From Leidyana gryllorum EB-2025a (Eukaryota > Protista > Apicomplexa): DNA of 64,000 nucleotides. Position 1 is the first letter of the stretch; every line of letters starts with the position of its first letter. The stretch is from assembly GCA_048772705.1 (NCBI GenBank), contig JBLWGC010000036.1, forward strand, positions 62,001 through 126,000, written 5' to 3'. This document shows positions 27,075 to 39,342 of this stretch, one piece after another. A program made the translations under genes and the position numbers. A model generated the notes under the pieces. That model was not told the DNA's origin. It saw only the letters and a program-made list of their open reading frames with translations, and ran no database searches.

Positions 27075-30000
27075 ATGTTTGGAGCGCTACTGGCCCGCTC
27101 CGCCGACGTATGCTGGCGTTTCCTCTCGCGCTCGCTGCAGAAGCGCTTTCGACGAATCCCCATTGCTCGCTACCTCCAGCCACTGCCTGACTCGGCGCTG
27201 AAGCTGGACTTTGAGTCGCGCACCTTCAGCTTGGATGGACTACAACTCGACATCCCGGCCATCAATGAACGGCTCCAGGATTCGGCCCTTACACTGATCA
27301 GCTGCACCATCGACTCTGTCAAGTGGCAATTACCCTGGAACCTGATAGTGAACAGAGCTAGCATTGTGCTTGCGTACAAATGCACCCCCTCGGTGGATGA
27401 TTCGACTAACGGAGTCATCTCTCCCCAACACCCAACCAGCCCTCTCAACGAGTATACGCCCAGTACCCAGCGAATCTATACCACCCCTCCTCCTCAACCT
27501 TCGGACGACCCGCGCGGCCCGAACTCTCCGTGCTCCCAATCCCCTCCGACCTCGGGCACCAGCGCTGTTTCCCACGGTAACTCTGCCGCAGTGTTGCAAC
27601 TTACCGAGTTACTTGGCAACATATTACACAGTGCTGTGCAGAACAGCTCTGTTCGGGTCGGAGAGTTGACTGCGATAATTCATCTCCCTGCGCCTGCCTC
27701 ACCTTTGATACTACACATTCCCAGTATTCTCTCATCCTTCACCAATGCTGAACGTACTATCTGCACCACAATTGACTCCCTTGCGGTACGGAATGCCTCA
27801 AAAGACCCAAGATGGCGACTATTGAGCACCGATGAGGAGCTCATCATCAATATCGATCTCGGTGGGGGGGGTCAGATACCGGCCCTCGAGATGAAGTGCC
27901 CCCCACTATATGTCGGGGCAGAGGCCAACGAGCTCAGAGACATCCTGGAGGCATTGTGCAAGCCACGAGACCCCACTGCTGACGAGACCCCCCGATCCAC
28001 TCAGCAAGGCTGCACCTCGGAAGAGTCGGCATCTGCCAGCGCTGCAGCTCATGAAACTGACGACGACGAATCAGAGACGCAGGAGTCCACTGGATGGTTG
28101 CGACGGTTTCTGAGTAAGGTCACCGGAACCGTTCTGGCTCCCATAGTGCCAAGTCCTCTGAGCGGAGAAGACACACTGATGGACGACTATCTCGAACTCC
28201 ACTCGATATTCGGAAGACAACAGACTCAGGAGGAAGAGGCGGTTGGTACTCCTTTGGCGGCAGACGAACGAGAAATACTGGAGAATCTGGTGCGATCAAC
28301 TGATGAGGTCAAGGAGTATATGCTTCAAGAGCTCGGCCGCACTGATGAGTCTGATGCACTGACATTATTCGGACTCGTGGGACAGAAGTGGGCCGCTCTG
28401 AAAGCTGCACTGCAAGAAGGGGAGGAAGAGCAGTGTGTGGACCGAGCCGGAAATCTGGTCCAATTCGTACTCGAACACTTCCGATGTTCACTCCACATTG
28501 CTGCTGCGGAGTGTCAGTATTTGATGGTTGTCTCCGAAGCTCCTCATCTGGAAGCGAACCAAATTCTTTCATTGAAACTCGATGATGTCGTTATTGGTAT
28601 TAATCCGGAGGAGGCGATACACCTGCGCATGAAGAGTGCTCTACTGAAGAGTGTTTACGCCACCCGTCTCCAGTCAGATCAGCTTACCGCGAAGCAAACG
28701 GCACTTCTGAGCATCGGCGACAGAGACTCGGGCTCGCTGGCGGCCAAGTTGAGCATCGGCATCAAAGAACCTCAACAAGAAGAATCGAACGGACCCACTT
28801 TGTATGCTGCGTCGAGCCTGGCTTCAGCCACCGTTGTCTTCAACCATAATGTCTTGGACAGCTGGTTGAAGCATCTGAACACCTACGCTGACTTGGTGCG
28901 ACCCCTTCAAGATGTGTCCCTGACGGTGGAAGCGGAGACGGCACAGACGGCGATGGAGGGGTTCCTGAATAATACCGTGACGCCTACGCGAAGTGCATTG
29001 GATCCGGCACTGCTACAGAATGCCGTGGCGGAGACGACGGCCGAGGGGCGTCGGCATTCCTTATTTGTGGATGTCGCTTGCGAGTCAGTCGTCCTAATAT
29101 CAGAGTTGGAGGACGGTGGTCCCTGCGTTGGGTGCACCGTCCGCAGCGTCAATCTCCGATACATCAATGAGACCAATTACGAAGTCTTCGGGAGTGTCAA
29201 CCTGGAATTGTCGACCCCGGCGGGCGAGTCGCTGAGCAGTACCGGATCCTGCAGATCTCTGATCTCGTGTTCGGGCAACAATGAAATGGCTCCCGGATTT
29301 TGTATTCGCCGAGGCGGTCCCGTGCCGCTTGGTCAAGGAACCACAATGTCGGACGAAACCTTTCCTGTCAACTGCGGTTCGAGTGCCGAAGGGACAGAAG
29401 CCCAGCTATCGGTCGATCAGGGGTCAGGAGATGAACGACCCATCAGCACCACCAGCGCTCGCAGTCATCTGATTCCACCCACACCCGACGAGTCGTGTTC
29501 TACAACAGAGTACTGCATAGCTCTAAACTCTGTGGGCATTTCCTTTGACGCTGGTTCGCTAAAGATTTGCAAAGATCATGTGCAAAGTTGTCTTGACAAG
29601 ATCAGCCAAGCCTGTGCGAGCGTGGTAGAGGGAGTCTTTGACGAAACCTCGCTGGGCCCTACGTCGACTGACTCGCTGGTCTCAGTAGTCAGCGGTCCAA
29701 CAGTATTCCCATCGCTCCCGAGCACCAACAGCCCACGAGGCGCAGTCATTACTGAGCCTCTGTTCCCGAAACTAAGCGCTTTGCCAAGTGTGCGAGTGAC
29801 TGTTCGAGAATGTTCGATTGCGCTGCCTATGGAGATCGGGACTTGTTCACGGCAAGTGAGTGGCATGATATCGAATATGGCCATCTGCTTGCGACACCGG
29901 GCTGAGTCTCCAAAGACGTCACACAAAGGCCCAAAGACAGTTGTGGAAGTGCGACTTGAACGCAGTCACGCAGAAGCCGGACTTTGGAAAGCATTCGAGC

Positions 30001-33000
30001 AGCGCGGACCAATATGTTGCCGCTTGATTTGTAAACGAGACAAAACCCCCAAATTGACAGCAGAGCTCAAAGGGTTGGATCTGCATCTGGGCGGTGTTCT
30101 GTTTATGGGGGCATTAGCGGCACAATTCGCGGCTCAACAGCAGCCGCCGACATCCACAAACACGGAACCTTCTTCTTCTGCTTCAACATCAACCAAGCGG
30201 ATTGATCCAAGTGTGAACATTGATTTACTCATGAACGACTGCACTGTGGTGATCGCCGAAGAAATTGCATTGTCGCAAATCGTCGTCGAGCTACAGACCG
30301 CCGGAGTTCTGTTGAGAGATGTGAATATCCCCCAAGAACTACCATGGACAACCCATATCTTCAAAGTGGATGACGCTCGGATCACTACCACAAACAACAA
30401 ACTCCCGCGATGCGTCCTGGGACTGTCTTGGATCCTGGAGATGGACAGCGCTGATACCTCAGGTGACGCAACGACACCACGGAGTGGGACTTCCGGTGGC
30501 AAAGACTGCATACAAATAATGAGTCTCCAGAAGCTGGACTTGAAGAATGCTCAGGAGAGAGGTGTCACTGAGTGCCGGAAGGTCACCGTGTCGGTGTCAC
30601 CAGAGGTGTTACTACGATTGCACATTCTGGGCGCTACCCGAGTGAATGCGTTATCCCAGTTGCAATTAGCCGACGGGCGAGCGCTGCGAGATCTTTTACT
30701 CGCTTTCCGAGAGAGCAGTTCGAGCGACAATACGCCATTTGCGTCCCCTCCAAACATACCTGATCACGTTGAACCGTTGTCGGAAGAAGCCCAATGGCAA
30801 GAAGATATGTATTTCAAAGATTTGGTGACTGAACTGGGGCCGCACGCCCCGTGGAAGGCCGAGGAGGACGGCAATAGTGAATCCGATACTCTTCGAGACG
30901 CGGGTGTCAGCTTTCTGGTACCCCGGCCCAAAGTCAATATCTTAATTCAAAGATTTAAATTCACTTGCGATGAATTCACCGCTGATTTATACGCCTCCCT
31001 CAGGTGTGTTTAAGATGATTCATTGAACTCCAATCATTCATTCATTTATACCCGACAGAGCTGGCACCCCCTTCCTTTCGGGACAGGTGCTGGGCATCGC
31101 GCTTACCCAAGCAGCCGATGGGAAGGGCGAAGAGCGGTGGACTTTTGAATGTAGCGTAAGTTGATTGGGTCGCTGTATGTCTGTCTAACTGACTGATACA
31201 GGACTTCAAGATTAAAGACTGTATGAATCAGTCAAAGTATGAGAATATGATTCAAGGTTTGGACGGACCAGGAAAGATAATGTGTCAAGTAAAAACCCTG
31301 CCAGTCGTACTGGATCTGGCATCCAGCGAATCCTTATGTGACGTTAATGCTTATAACGTGTTGCCAGGCTCAGGCAGCTCCCTTGGTTCAGTCCAAGCAC
31401 CACCTGTATCCTCAGAGTATTGCATAGCCGTTTCGCTGCCATCATTGTGGCTCACTCTTGATATGCGATTGGCTTCTCAACTCGACGAGTTTGCCACAAC
31501 TCTGAACGTTCTGAAAGCCCATGGCCTGAATGAGACTCGCACAATTGGGCTCAACAAAGACGCCCCGGCCGTCGGCACCTTCGACCCAGCGGAAGATCAC
31601 GAGTTCTCTCCCGTCCGTCCTTCGTCCCCGGACACAGACAGCGGGGACGAAGAGGGGCAGTCCGAACACGAACTCTCCTCTCCCCTCGACGAGACCCGCG
31701 TGGAGGAATCCCCACGAGATCCCCTCGTACTCATTCGATCATTCACCTGTGACGCTCTGTCCATCCGCGTGGACTTTTGCTCTAAGCCCATCGAGGGACG
31801 CGAACTAACGGAGGGTGGGGCGGTGGCGGCGCTGAACCTCCTGGCACACTTCTGTACGGTGGAGGGTTTGGAGCTTCCATTTCGACAACTGAAACTTGAA
31901 GGCTTAATGACTCCTCGAGAGTTAATTGCGCGAATCGTTGGCGCTTCAATAGCTGACTTCAGCCCGTAAGTGACTGGCTTTTCAGAGCTGCAAACGAATG
32001 TGGCCCTCCGTATATCTGCAGCGGTCAATTAATCAAATATGCGATGCGAGGGACACCGCTACTGCGATCCGTATGGGATATTAGTGCTGCTGCCAGAGAC
32101 TTTGTAAAAGAAGCTGTTGAGCAACCCTCCTCTTTCCACAATGGTGCAGATGACCTTGTTGCACTCAGACGGCTGTCGGAAATTTTCGACCCCCATGCAG
32201 TCGAAGTCGAGATACCGAGTCCCCGTTCGTCGGCTGAGTACACAGATCCCGCGTCAGAAGAGGGCTCATGTCTGCCACTCATAGGAGAGGACGACTTTGT
32301 GGATGCCGAGTTCCGAGACAAAGATCAAATAAAGGTGCTGCTCGACACCACCCGTCGTCTACTCGTATGGGCTGAGAATCAGGCCAACAACACTGTTCGA
32401 GTACTCGTTGGCCCTCACTCTGGCCGTACGGCCAAACGACTCGCGGAAAGCTCCTCGGACTTCCTGAAGCGTCTAGCTGTGGAGTCACTGTAAGTGGCAC
32501 ACACTCATCACACAGATGACGCCACTGCCGCTGCAGGAAAATATCAGAGAGACTGGTGACGAGTTGTTCGCGGAATGTCACAGCGTGGGACGGTTCACTC
32601 AGTCGACGAGCTAATTCTCGTCGGAACGTTATGCACAGTCGGACAAGGAGCCCTCTACCTCGATCTGCCTCAGCCGATGGTCCGTTGTGGTCCTTGGTCG
32701 AGAGGGGAGCTGAGGAGTTTTACGAACCTGAATCGACTGTTGAGGGCTTAGTGAACGCAGTGACTCACTTGAAACGAGGCTGGGAAACTGCATCTACGGT
32801 CAGTGGAGACGCGCTAACTTCAGCCGTCTCGTTGCAGGCGGTACACGCCGTTAGCCACTTACTCCCACTACTGCTGCTGAAACCGATTGTCGTTGTAACA
32901 GGAGCAGCTTCCAGCGCACTACAGGTGAGATTGACCGGCTGGTTCCCCCCGAGAAGAGCCGTTTCGGAACAGGGTGCGAGGAATCAATTGGAACCCCGTC

Positions 33001-33059
33001 GACGTATCGACCGCGCGCGATCTTTGCGCGCCCCAAAGATCCTTGGCGAAGAACGATGA
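27075..33059 (+). CDS. ATG2: ATG2-like bridge-type lipid transfer protein, multi-exon
   Basis: Chorein_N-like start (...TLISCTIDSVKWQLPW), IRSFTCDALSIRVDF segment, ATG_C-like EPESTVEGL...LLLKPIVVVTGAASSALQGARNQLEP. Confidence 0.72.
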
Positions 33060-33099
33060 AATAGAAAAGGCTTATGATCTCAGAGGGTTAGTTAGACAA

Positions 33100-33943
33100 C
33101 TAGAACACTGGCTGAGATTGGCGCCGGCCTAACCAGTCGTCCATGCCAGAGGCGCTCCAAACGCTACCCAAGAGCTGCAGGCCTGCCTTCATGCGCGGAC
33201 TGGCCAATCCACGAGACCAAAGGTACCGGATGACGCCATAGGAAATTAAGGGGAACAATACGAACGATACCGCCAATCGCCAGATGAGTCCGAACAACAG
33301 AGCCCAGGTGAACCGGACGATGGGGTACACCCTATAATTTACATTGCGGGGGCAATTACTGATTACAACAATTTTACACAGAATGAAGGCATGAATACCG
33401 TACATTGGGCCGAAGTCGAGTACGGCCCGTACGGGACATACAGGAGTCGTGACGATCCGTCGGGCGAGTACGAGCAAGATGGGGATCCGAAGCTCCTTTA
33501 ACGTGCAGCAGCAGCAATAGAAAAGCAATAAGGACTTACACAGTGCGCATTAGAGACCATATAGAGGTGAGCGGAGCGGGGGGCGATTTCGCCCTTGCCA
33601 GCTTCCGCCGCTTCGCAATCGTTTTTCTCGACTTGATGGGTAGCCACGGCCGCCACCAGGGTCGGTAGGACAGCGATTCCTGCTGGACAGGGGCAGTTGA
33701 CTTGTCGTTATCGAGGACAGGCGGTGGCTCCAGAGAAAGAACCTCGATCGGAGGGACGGTGGGTGGCGCGTCAGTCTCATTGATAGACGGTATAATGTCG
33801 CCTAGTGGTGGGTCTCCTCTGTTGGTGAAGGGAATTATAGGAGGAGCCAACGGATCCGGTTGTGCTAATAAGTTTAGCCCCCCGCGGGCCGCCAAGACTG
33901 CATGAGCAAGGTTGTCAGCGGGTTCGCTGTGGTGACAGAGCAT
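33100..33943 (-). CDS. Hypothetical membrane protein (may be the 3' part of the neighbouring gene)
   Basis: ORFs 33536-33943 and 33100-33528 with TM-like segments. Confidence 0.4.
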
Positions 33944-35109
33944 GGCGTGCAGACGGCGTGCAAATCACCTTCAAGTTCGAGGATATGTAGTGAGTTTTCC
34001 ATTCTAGCGAGAGATCTCTGTGCCTGGCAACACCAAATGTATGTGTGTGTGTGAGAGAGAGAGGGAGTTGAGCTCACTGAAATCAAAGCTGAAGACAATA
34101 GCATGAGAACACATAGATGTGCAATAAACGCGAGCACAGCGACTGGCGATGTGCCTTCGACTATCCAGGCTTGCCGGACAACAACTGACTTGAGGCTTCG
34201 TGCGGAGTCGAGCGCAAAGCGAGCAATAGAAAGACCTGAGTCGGGATCGTCTCCTTCCTTAGCAGCGGGTATTTTAAGTTGTGACAATGGAGTGGAAATT
34301 GGGGGAACCTTGGGGAACGACGGTATCCCCGTCGTACTGATTGTGGGGGTCGGTGTCTCCGGCGCCGTCTCGGCCGTCGTCGGAGGCGGCCTCACTGTTC
34401 TTTCACACGAAGCGTCGTCCGCATTTGACCGAGTCGCCGTACTCCTGGCCGACAGGCTGCCGTCACCCGCTGCCGCAGAGGGAGGGGGCGTCTGCGGAGG
34501 AAGGCTTCCCATTGCTTCGCTGTCAGGTTGGAGCAGTGCCACCAATGTATCAATTTCTAGATCCTCCTCGTCTTGCCGCTCAGTGGGGACGGGACAAGCA
34601 GTCCAAGGGCGTCGATGAGAAGGAGTACTATTTGTGTTGGGTGACAGCTGACGGGTGGGGCGAGGTGGACTGGCGGACGCGGGAGGTTGTTGTTGAGCGG
34701 CACTTATCCATTTTGCGAAATGTCTATGACCGAATGACACTAATGAGTTCTCTGCTCCCCCACTAAAAGCTACACTCCACCCTCCACTGCTCGTTGGCCG
34801 GGCGGAGGTTGATCCTGCTCTGTCAGAGGAACATGGACGAGAAGACGGCGGAGTTGTGAGTGCAAGAGGAGTCGGCGGACTCAACGCGGTTAGAGATCTG
34901 GTACTTTGCTGATCGTTCCTTTGCCACCAGTTGTCGGGCTTGGTGTTAGCACGCTGTTTCTTCACACGTCCCTCATGTCCTGAAGACGAGTGCAAAACGA
35001 CCACCTTTCCCACTGGTGGTGGCAATCGCGAAGCTGTCAATGCTGCACAGGGCGGTAATCTCAGATTGATTTCGCCTTCGCATTCACGATCAATCGAAGG
35101 AGACCACAT
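33874..35109 (-). CDS. Hypothetical Ser/Pro/Thr-rich protein with a C-terminal TM helix
   Basis: Long ORF; hydrophobic VAVLAFIAHLCVLMLLSSALI. Confidence 0.5.
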   Translation of the reverse strand: MWSPSIDRECEGEINLRLPPCAALTASRLPPPVGKVVVLHSSSGHEGRVKKQRANTKPDNWWQRNDQQSTRSLTALSPPTPLALTTPPSSRPCSSDRAGSTSARPTSSGGWSVAFSGGAENSLVSFGHRHFAKWISAAQQQPPASASPPRPTRQLSPNTNSTPSHRRPWTACPVPTERQDEEDLEIDTLVALLQPDSEAMGSLPPQTPPPSAAAGDGSLSARSTATRSNADDASCERTVRPPPTTAETAPETPTPTISTTGIPSFPKVPPISTPLSQLKIPAAKEGDDPDSGLSIARFALDSARSLKSVVVRQAWIVEGTSPVAVLAFIAHLCVLMLLSSALISVSSTPSLSHTHTYIWCCQAQRSLARMENSLHILELEGDLHAVCTPCSVTTANPLTTLLMQSWRPAGG

Positions 35110-35169
35110 CCCTCTACATGCCACAGCGCTTGCTCACAAAATTTTGAGACCAGAAAAGGGTGGGAAAAT

Positions 35170-35530
35170 ATGCCGGCCTCGGATGCAGTTGAAGATATCT
35201 TCGCAGCAGTACTGCCAACTAAGAAAACGAGTGGGAAGGTCAAGAAAGACCCTTCCACTAAGAAGACTTCCATGAAGAAGTCAGTAAAATCCGCCAAATT
35301 ACCAGCTCCCCAGGACCTCAAGCCTGCCAAAGTAAAGAGTGGCGGACTCCCAAAGGATCCAGCGCAGAGTAAGAAACGTGCGCGCACTGAAGATGGCCTC
35401 AAACTCTACACTGAGGAAGAACTTCGCATAGGTATGTTTGCCCTATGTTCAGACGACCCACAAACGCTCAATCATAGGCCAAGGCGGCGACACCCCGCAA
35501 TGTCCCTTCGATTGCGACTGCTGCTTCTGA
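35170..35530 (+). CDS. DUF1764 family protein
   Basis: After removing one short intron, the C-terminus reads RTEDGLKLYTEEELRIGQGGDTPQCPFDCDCCF*. Confidence 0.85.
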
Positions 35531-35546
35531 TGGTCCCATCGCAGAA

Positions 35547-37809
35547 CTACAAACTCTGCAGACCAGCCAATGTATCGTCGACATCTTTGATGTCACTACG
35601 CCGCGAGCAGCAGTAATAAACAATGGCAGTTGTCAATGTCAAGAGGCCTATATATGCCGCGAGCCAGAAACTTCCCAGGACGAAGAATCGCCAGATGGGC
35701 GCTCCAATAGCAATCCTGAAAGTTGATGTACTCTTCAGCGCAGAGGACAATAACTCACCCAGGAGCAAACGCTGCCAAGAAACTCAGGAAAGGGAGCGTA
35801 TCGAGTCCCAAGCGTCGTGCAGTTATGTGTCCAAACGACATCATACCCTGGTAGGGGGTCGCTACCGGTCGTTGCCACACCCGCGGTGCCAGATTCAGTA
35901 TCCCGGTAGGGCAGCGCGCAAAGAGGACGTCCATTATGCAAACCTGAATGTCGATCGAACCAAGCACACAGTTATCATTTACCGTTCGGAACCTCCGAAA
36001 GATGCTGTGGGGCATCTTGTTGAACTTGATGAGGAAAGCGTGCTTAGAGTAGTCAACAAACAGTTCGATGGAGAACATTTTGATCAGTAACCAGAACGAA
36101 TGCTCCAACGCTTTGGTACCGCCCCTGGGTTGGACATGCCACTGTTTGTAAGTATCGGCCACTCACCGTGGGGCAACTTGAAGATACACAAAGAGAGTAT
36201 CCGTCAGTATCTGGAATCGCTCGATGACGTCCGATGATGCGATTTGCCACAGAGACTGGGCCGTTTGCTTCTTGAAGACCGTTGACTTGATCTCCGCAAA
36301 GTTGTTGGATACCAGTAGCAGGAACATTGCAGATTCCGGGGCATTCATTGCAATACAAAGCAGCAAGCCTCGGCTGAGGTGAACCACAGTGTGCACCGTC
36401 ACACAGCCGACCGCCATCTGTTGGAGGTGAAAACGGAGCCGAATGTCAACCCACCAGAAAGCGACGAGCGAATCGAACATAGGGATCGCTCCAGATATCC
36501 GTCCAAGACCGGCCCATCAGCGACTCCTCTTCGGTCTCTGTCGACGTCCCGGTGGCAGTGTTCAGGTCCTCTGGCGATTCAGTAGAGGCTGCTTCTGTAG
36601 TGAATAGGTGATCAGTTTGAATTCGCAGATCGTCCAGAACGTCACGCTCCAGAGATCTCCACATTCGATCGATAATCTCCAGCATATTGTAAACGACGTA
36701 TAGCTTCAACAAGGACTGGCTTCGGATGAAGTGGTACATTGTGGACACATTCAAGAATGTGCGGAAGATGATCATGACACACACTATCACCAAGAAGTTG
36801 ATTAACGAGATTGCATTCTGACTCGAGAGAATCTTGGGTGAACTGCATTCCACTGTGAGGAGCGGTGTGTCCATCGAAGGACTTTGAGACTCATCCTCAG
36901 AGGTGTCTTCAGCCTTGACGGCTGGAACCTCTTCCTTTTTCATTTTGGGCGTGGGCAACAGAATGTCCGAGAGGACTAGGGAGTCAGGGGCAGAGTCTCG
37001 GTGGAACAGTGGGGAATGCGGCACATTTCCCAAAGGATCGCTTCCCCCTAATGTTTGTAATCGGCTCTGACCGACTCCTGGGCCAGTAATGGGACTGGCA
37101 CCATCCTTCGAGGCCTTCCTTTGCCGCAATGTGGTGAGTCCTTCGCGTAGCGTCGGACTGAGCGTTTCCGAGAGGAATGAGGTGGCGTGCTCGGCGTTGC
37201 GACGAGCCAATGGCACTTTGTGCACCGCTATCGCCAGTTTCTCTGAAACCCAACGCATGACGCTGCGACCACTCCAACCCACCCGTGCCCACACCTCGGG
37301 TTGATGCCACAGGCCTCGGCACATCAGAGACCACAGGAGGGTCACCATAGAACCAAAAGCCTGAGGAGCAATCAAGTTGCAGCTTGTGCTGTACGAACTT
37401 GCCTTCAAAGGCATCACTGTCATATCATAGAGTAGGGCCTGCAGGCATATGCAGACGCCCAGAAAGGCAAAGCCTTCAAACGCCCGAAAGGTGGATATAA
37501 AGTCGTTCAAATGGCTCTAATCGAACCGGTTTTAGTCGGGTAGAAAGGTATGGATTCTCTCACATTGGGGAAAGTTCCTCTGAGACGCAAGATACTGGGA
37601 TCTTGGTCGGGTGGAGGCAGTCCTTGGACATGCGTCTCTGCAGTGCGGGGGCGGGCGTCGACCCATATGGCAGGGCGACTGGCCCATGTCTCGTCAACGA
37701 GGAACCTTAGGAGGGTCCAGCGAGACCGAAGCATCTTGTCGAGATAGTTGAACGGCTTGGCTGGCCATCGGCTTCGAATAACGTGTATACTGGCTGGTCG
37801 TTTAGGCAT
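35547..37809 (-). CDS. TAPT1: TAPT1/EMP65 (DUF747) membrane protein, multi-exon
   Basis: MYHFIRSQSLLKLYVVYNMLEIIDR, SNNFAEIKSTVFKK, SDVIERF. Confidence 0.88.
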
Positions 37810-37837
37810 ATCACTTAAATTTACTTCAACGACTTCA

Positions 37838-39342
37838 ATGCTGTTTCTGAGCTTCGGAGGTGGTGGATCTGGTCAGAGTCCTCGGGCTCATGTTCACAAT
37901 GCTAGCGTGTCAATTTCATCTCGCCCTTCCGCATCCAAAACATCCGGTTTGAGCACTACAGCTTCCGAACAGAATGTTCCAGCATCGGCAGTTTTGGTAG
38001 GCTTGAACTCTCAGGAAAAAGCAGCGCTGCTCCGGATGGAAGTATTGTATCGGGAGAGATGGCGAGAGACTCTACGGGCACAGATGCATCTGTTAAATCC
38101 ACTGTTTGCGAGTGAATGGTGGAACGGATCGGGTACAACAATCGACGAAACTGGAGAAAAGCAGGGTGAAACTGCCCTCAACGATGAGGAATGGTTGCTT
38201 TTACGACGATTCCTCGCTGCACGACAATTCGATGTCAATGCCGCAACGGCGATGTTCGACGCCTTTGTTCAATGGAGAGTCAAATGGGCTGTTGATCAAG
38301 AGCTATGTAGACGCGGGCCACTACCAAAGCTAGAGACTTTGCGGTACTACTACCCCTCTGGATATTACGGGGTATCAAAGACAGGAGCTCCTATATATTA
38401 CGACCGAGCTGGCAGGATCAAAGTCAAAGAATTGCAGCAAACCTTGACGGAAGAAGAACTGGTTCCTGTGTGGATACAAATGTACGAACACTGTAAGTAG
38501 TCTAAACCCGCTCACCGGCCAAGCTTCGTAATGCCCACAGCACAACAAGTTATCCTACCCGCCTGCTCCGTGGCGGCTGGGAAGCGTGTGACACAAGGCA
38601 TCACGATCATGGATCTAGAAGGACTCGGTGAGACGGGCTCGGCGATTTAGACCACAACAAACAAACGGGTCCGCTTTCAGGATGGTCTCAAGTGTCCGGC
38701 GAGTCCAGAGCCGTGCTCAAGAAACTGATCAATATCAATCAGGATAATTATCCGGAGTCAATGGAAGCGCTCTTCATCGTAAAAGCTCCGATGATCGTCT
38801 CAGGCATCCTCAAATTTGTAAAAGCCTTACTTGACAAGGTACGCACGCAAAGTTGGCAGTGTGTTCGAACACAAAGAGCTCCAGAAAACCGCGGCGAAGA
38901 TCAAAGTGCTCAGCGAGAAAGGTCCCGCTTTGCGTAAGCGACTGGGCGAGTACATAGAGACAGATCAACTCCCGGATTTCTTGTTTGGACCTGATGACGG
39001 TTCTTGGATGCGACGGCCGAAAGGTATCACTCTCATCCCTCGCTGCCACAATCACTGATCACACATCGCGCAGGCCCATGGGTTGAGGAGGCAGTGTTGG
39101 AAACATTACAGAAGGTCTTCCCCACAATGTCGCCCGACTTTATCGGGTTGGCAGTTGAGGCAGGTTCGCCCAACAATCTCTCTGCCAAATCACCTGAGTC
39201 GCCTGAGCCGCTCAAGGTATGCTCTTACATGGAGGAGTGTCAGTCGCTGCCATCTGAGATGGATGAAGCTAATCCTGCTGCTCCAACTCCCCGGCGGCGC
39301 TGGTGGCAACAACTACTAAGACGCTTCTCTCCGAATAACTAG
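37838..39342 (+). CDS. Sec14/CRAL-TRIO lipid-binding protein, multi-exon
   Basis: LLRRFLAARQFDV, YYPSGYYGVSKTGAPIY, TIMDLEGL, QDNYPE, IVKAP, TAAKIKVL, DQLPDFL, GPW. Confidence 0.9.
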
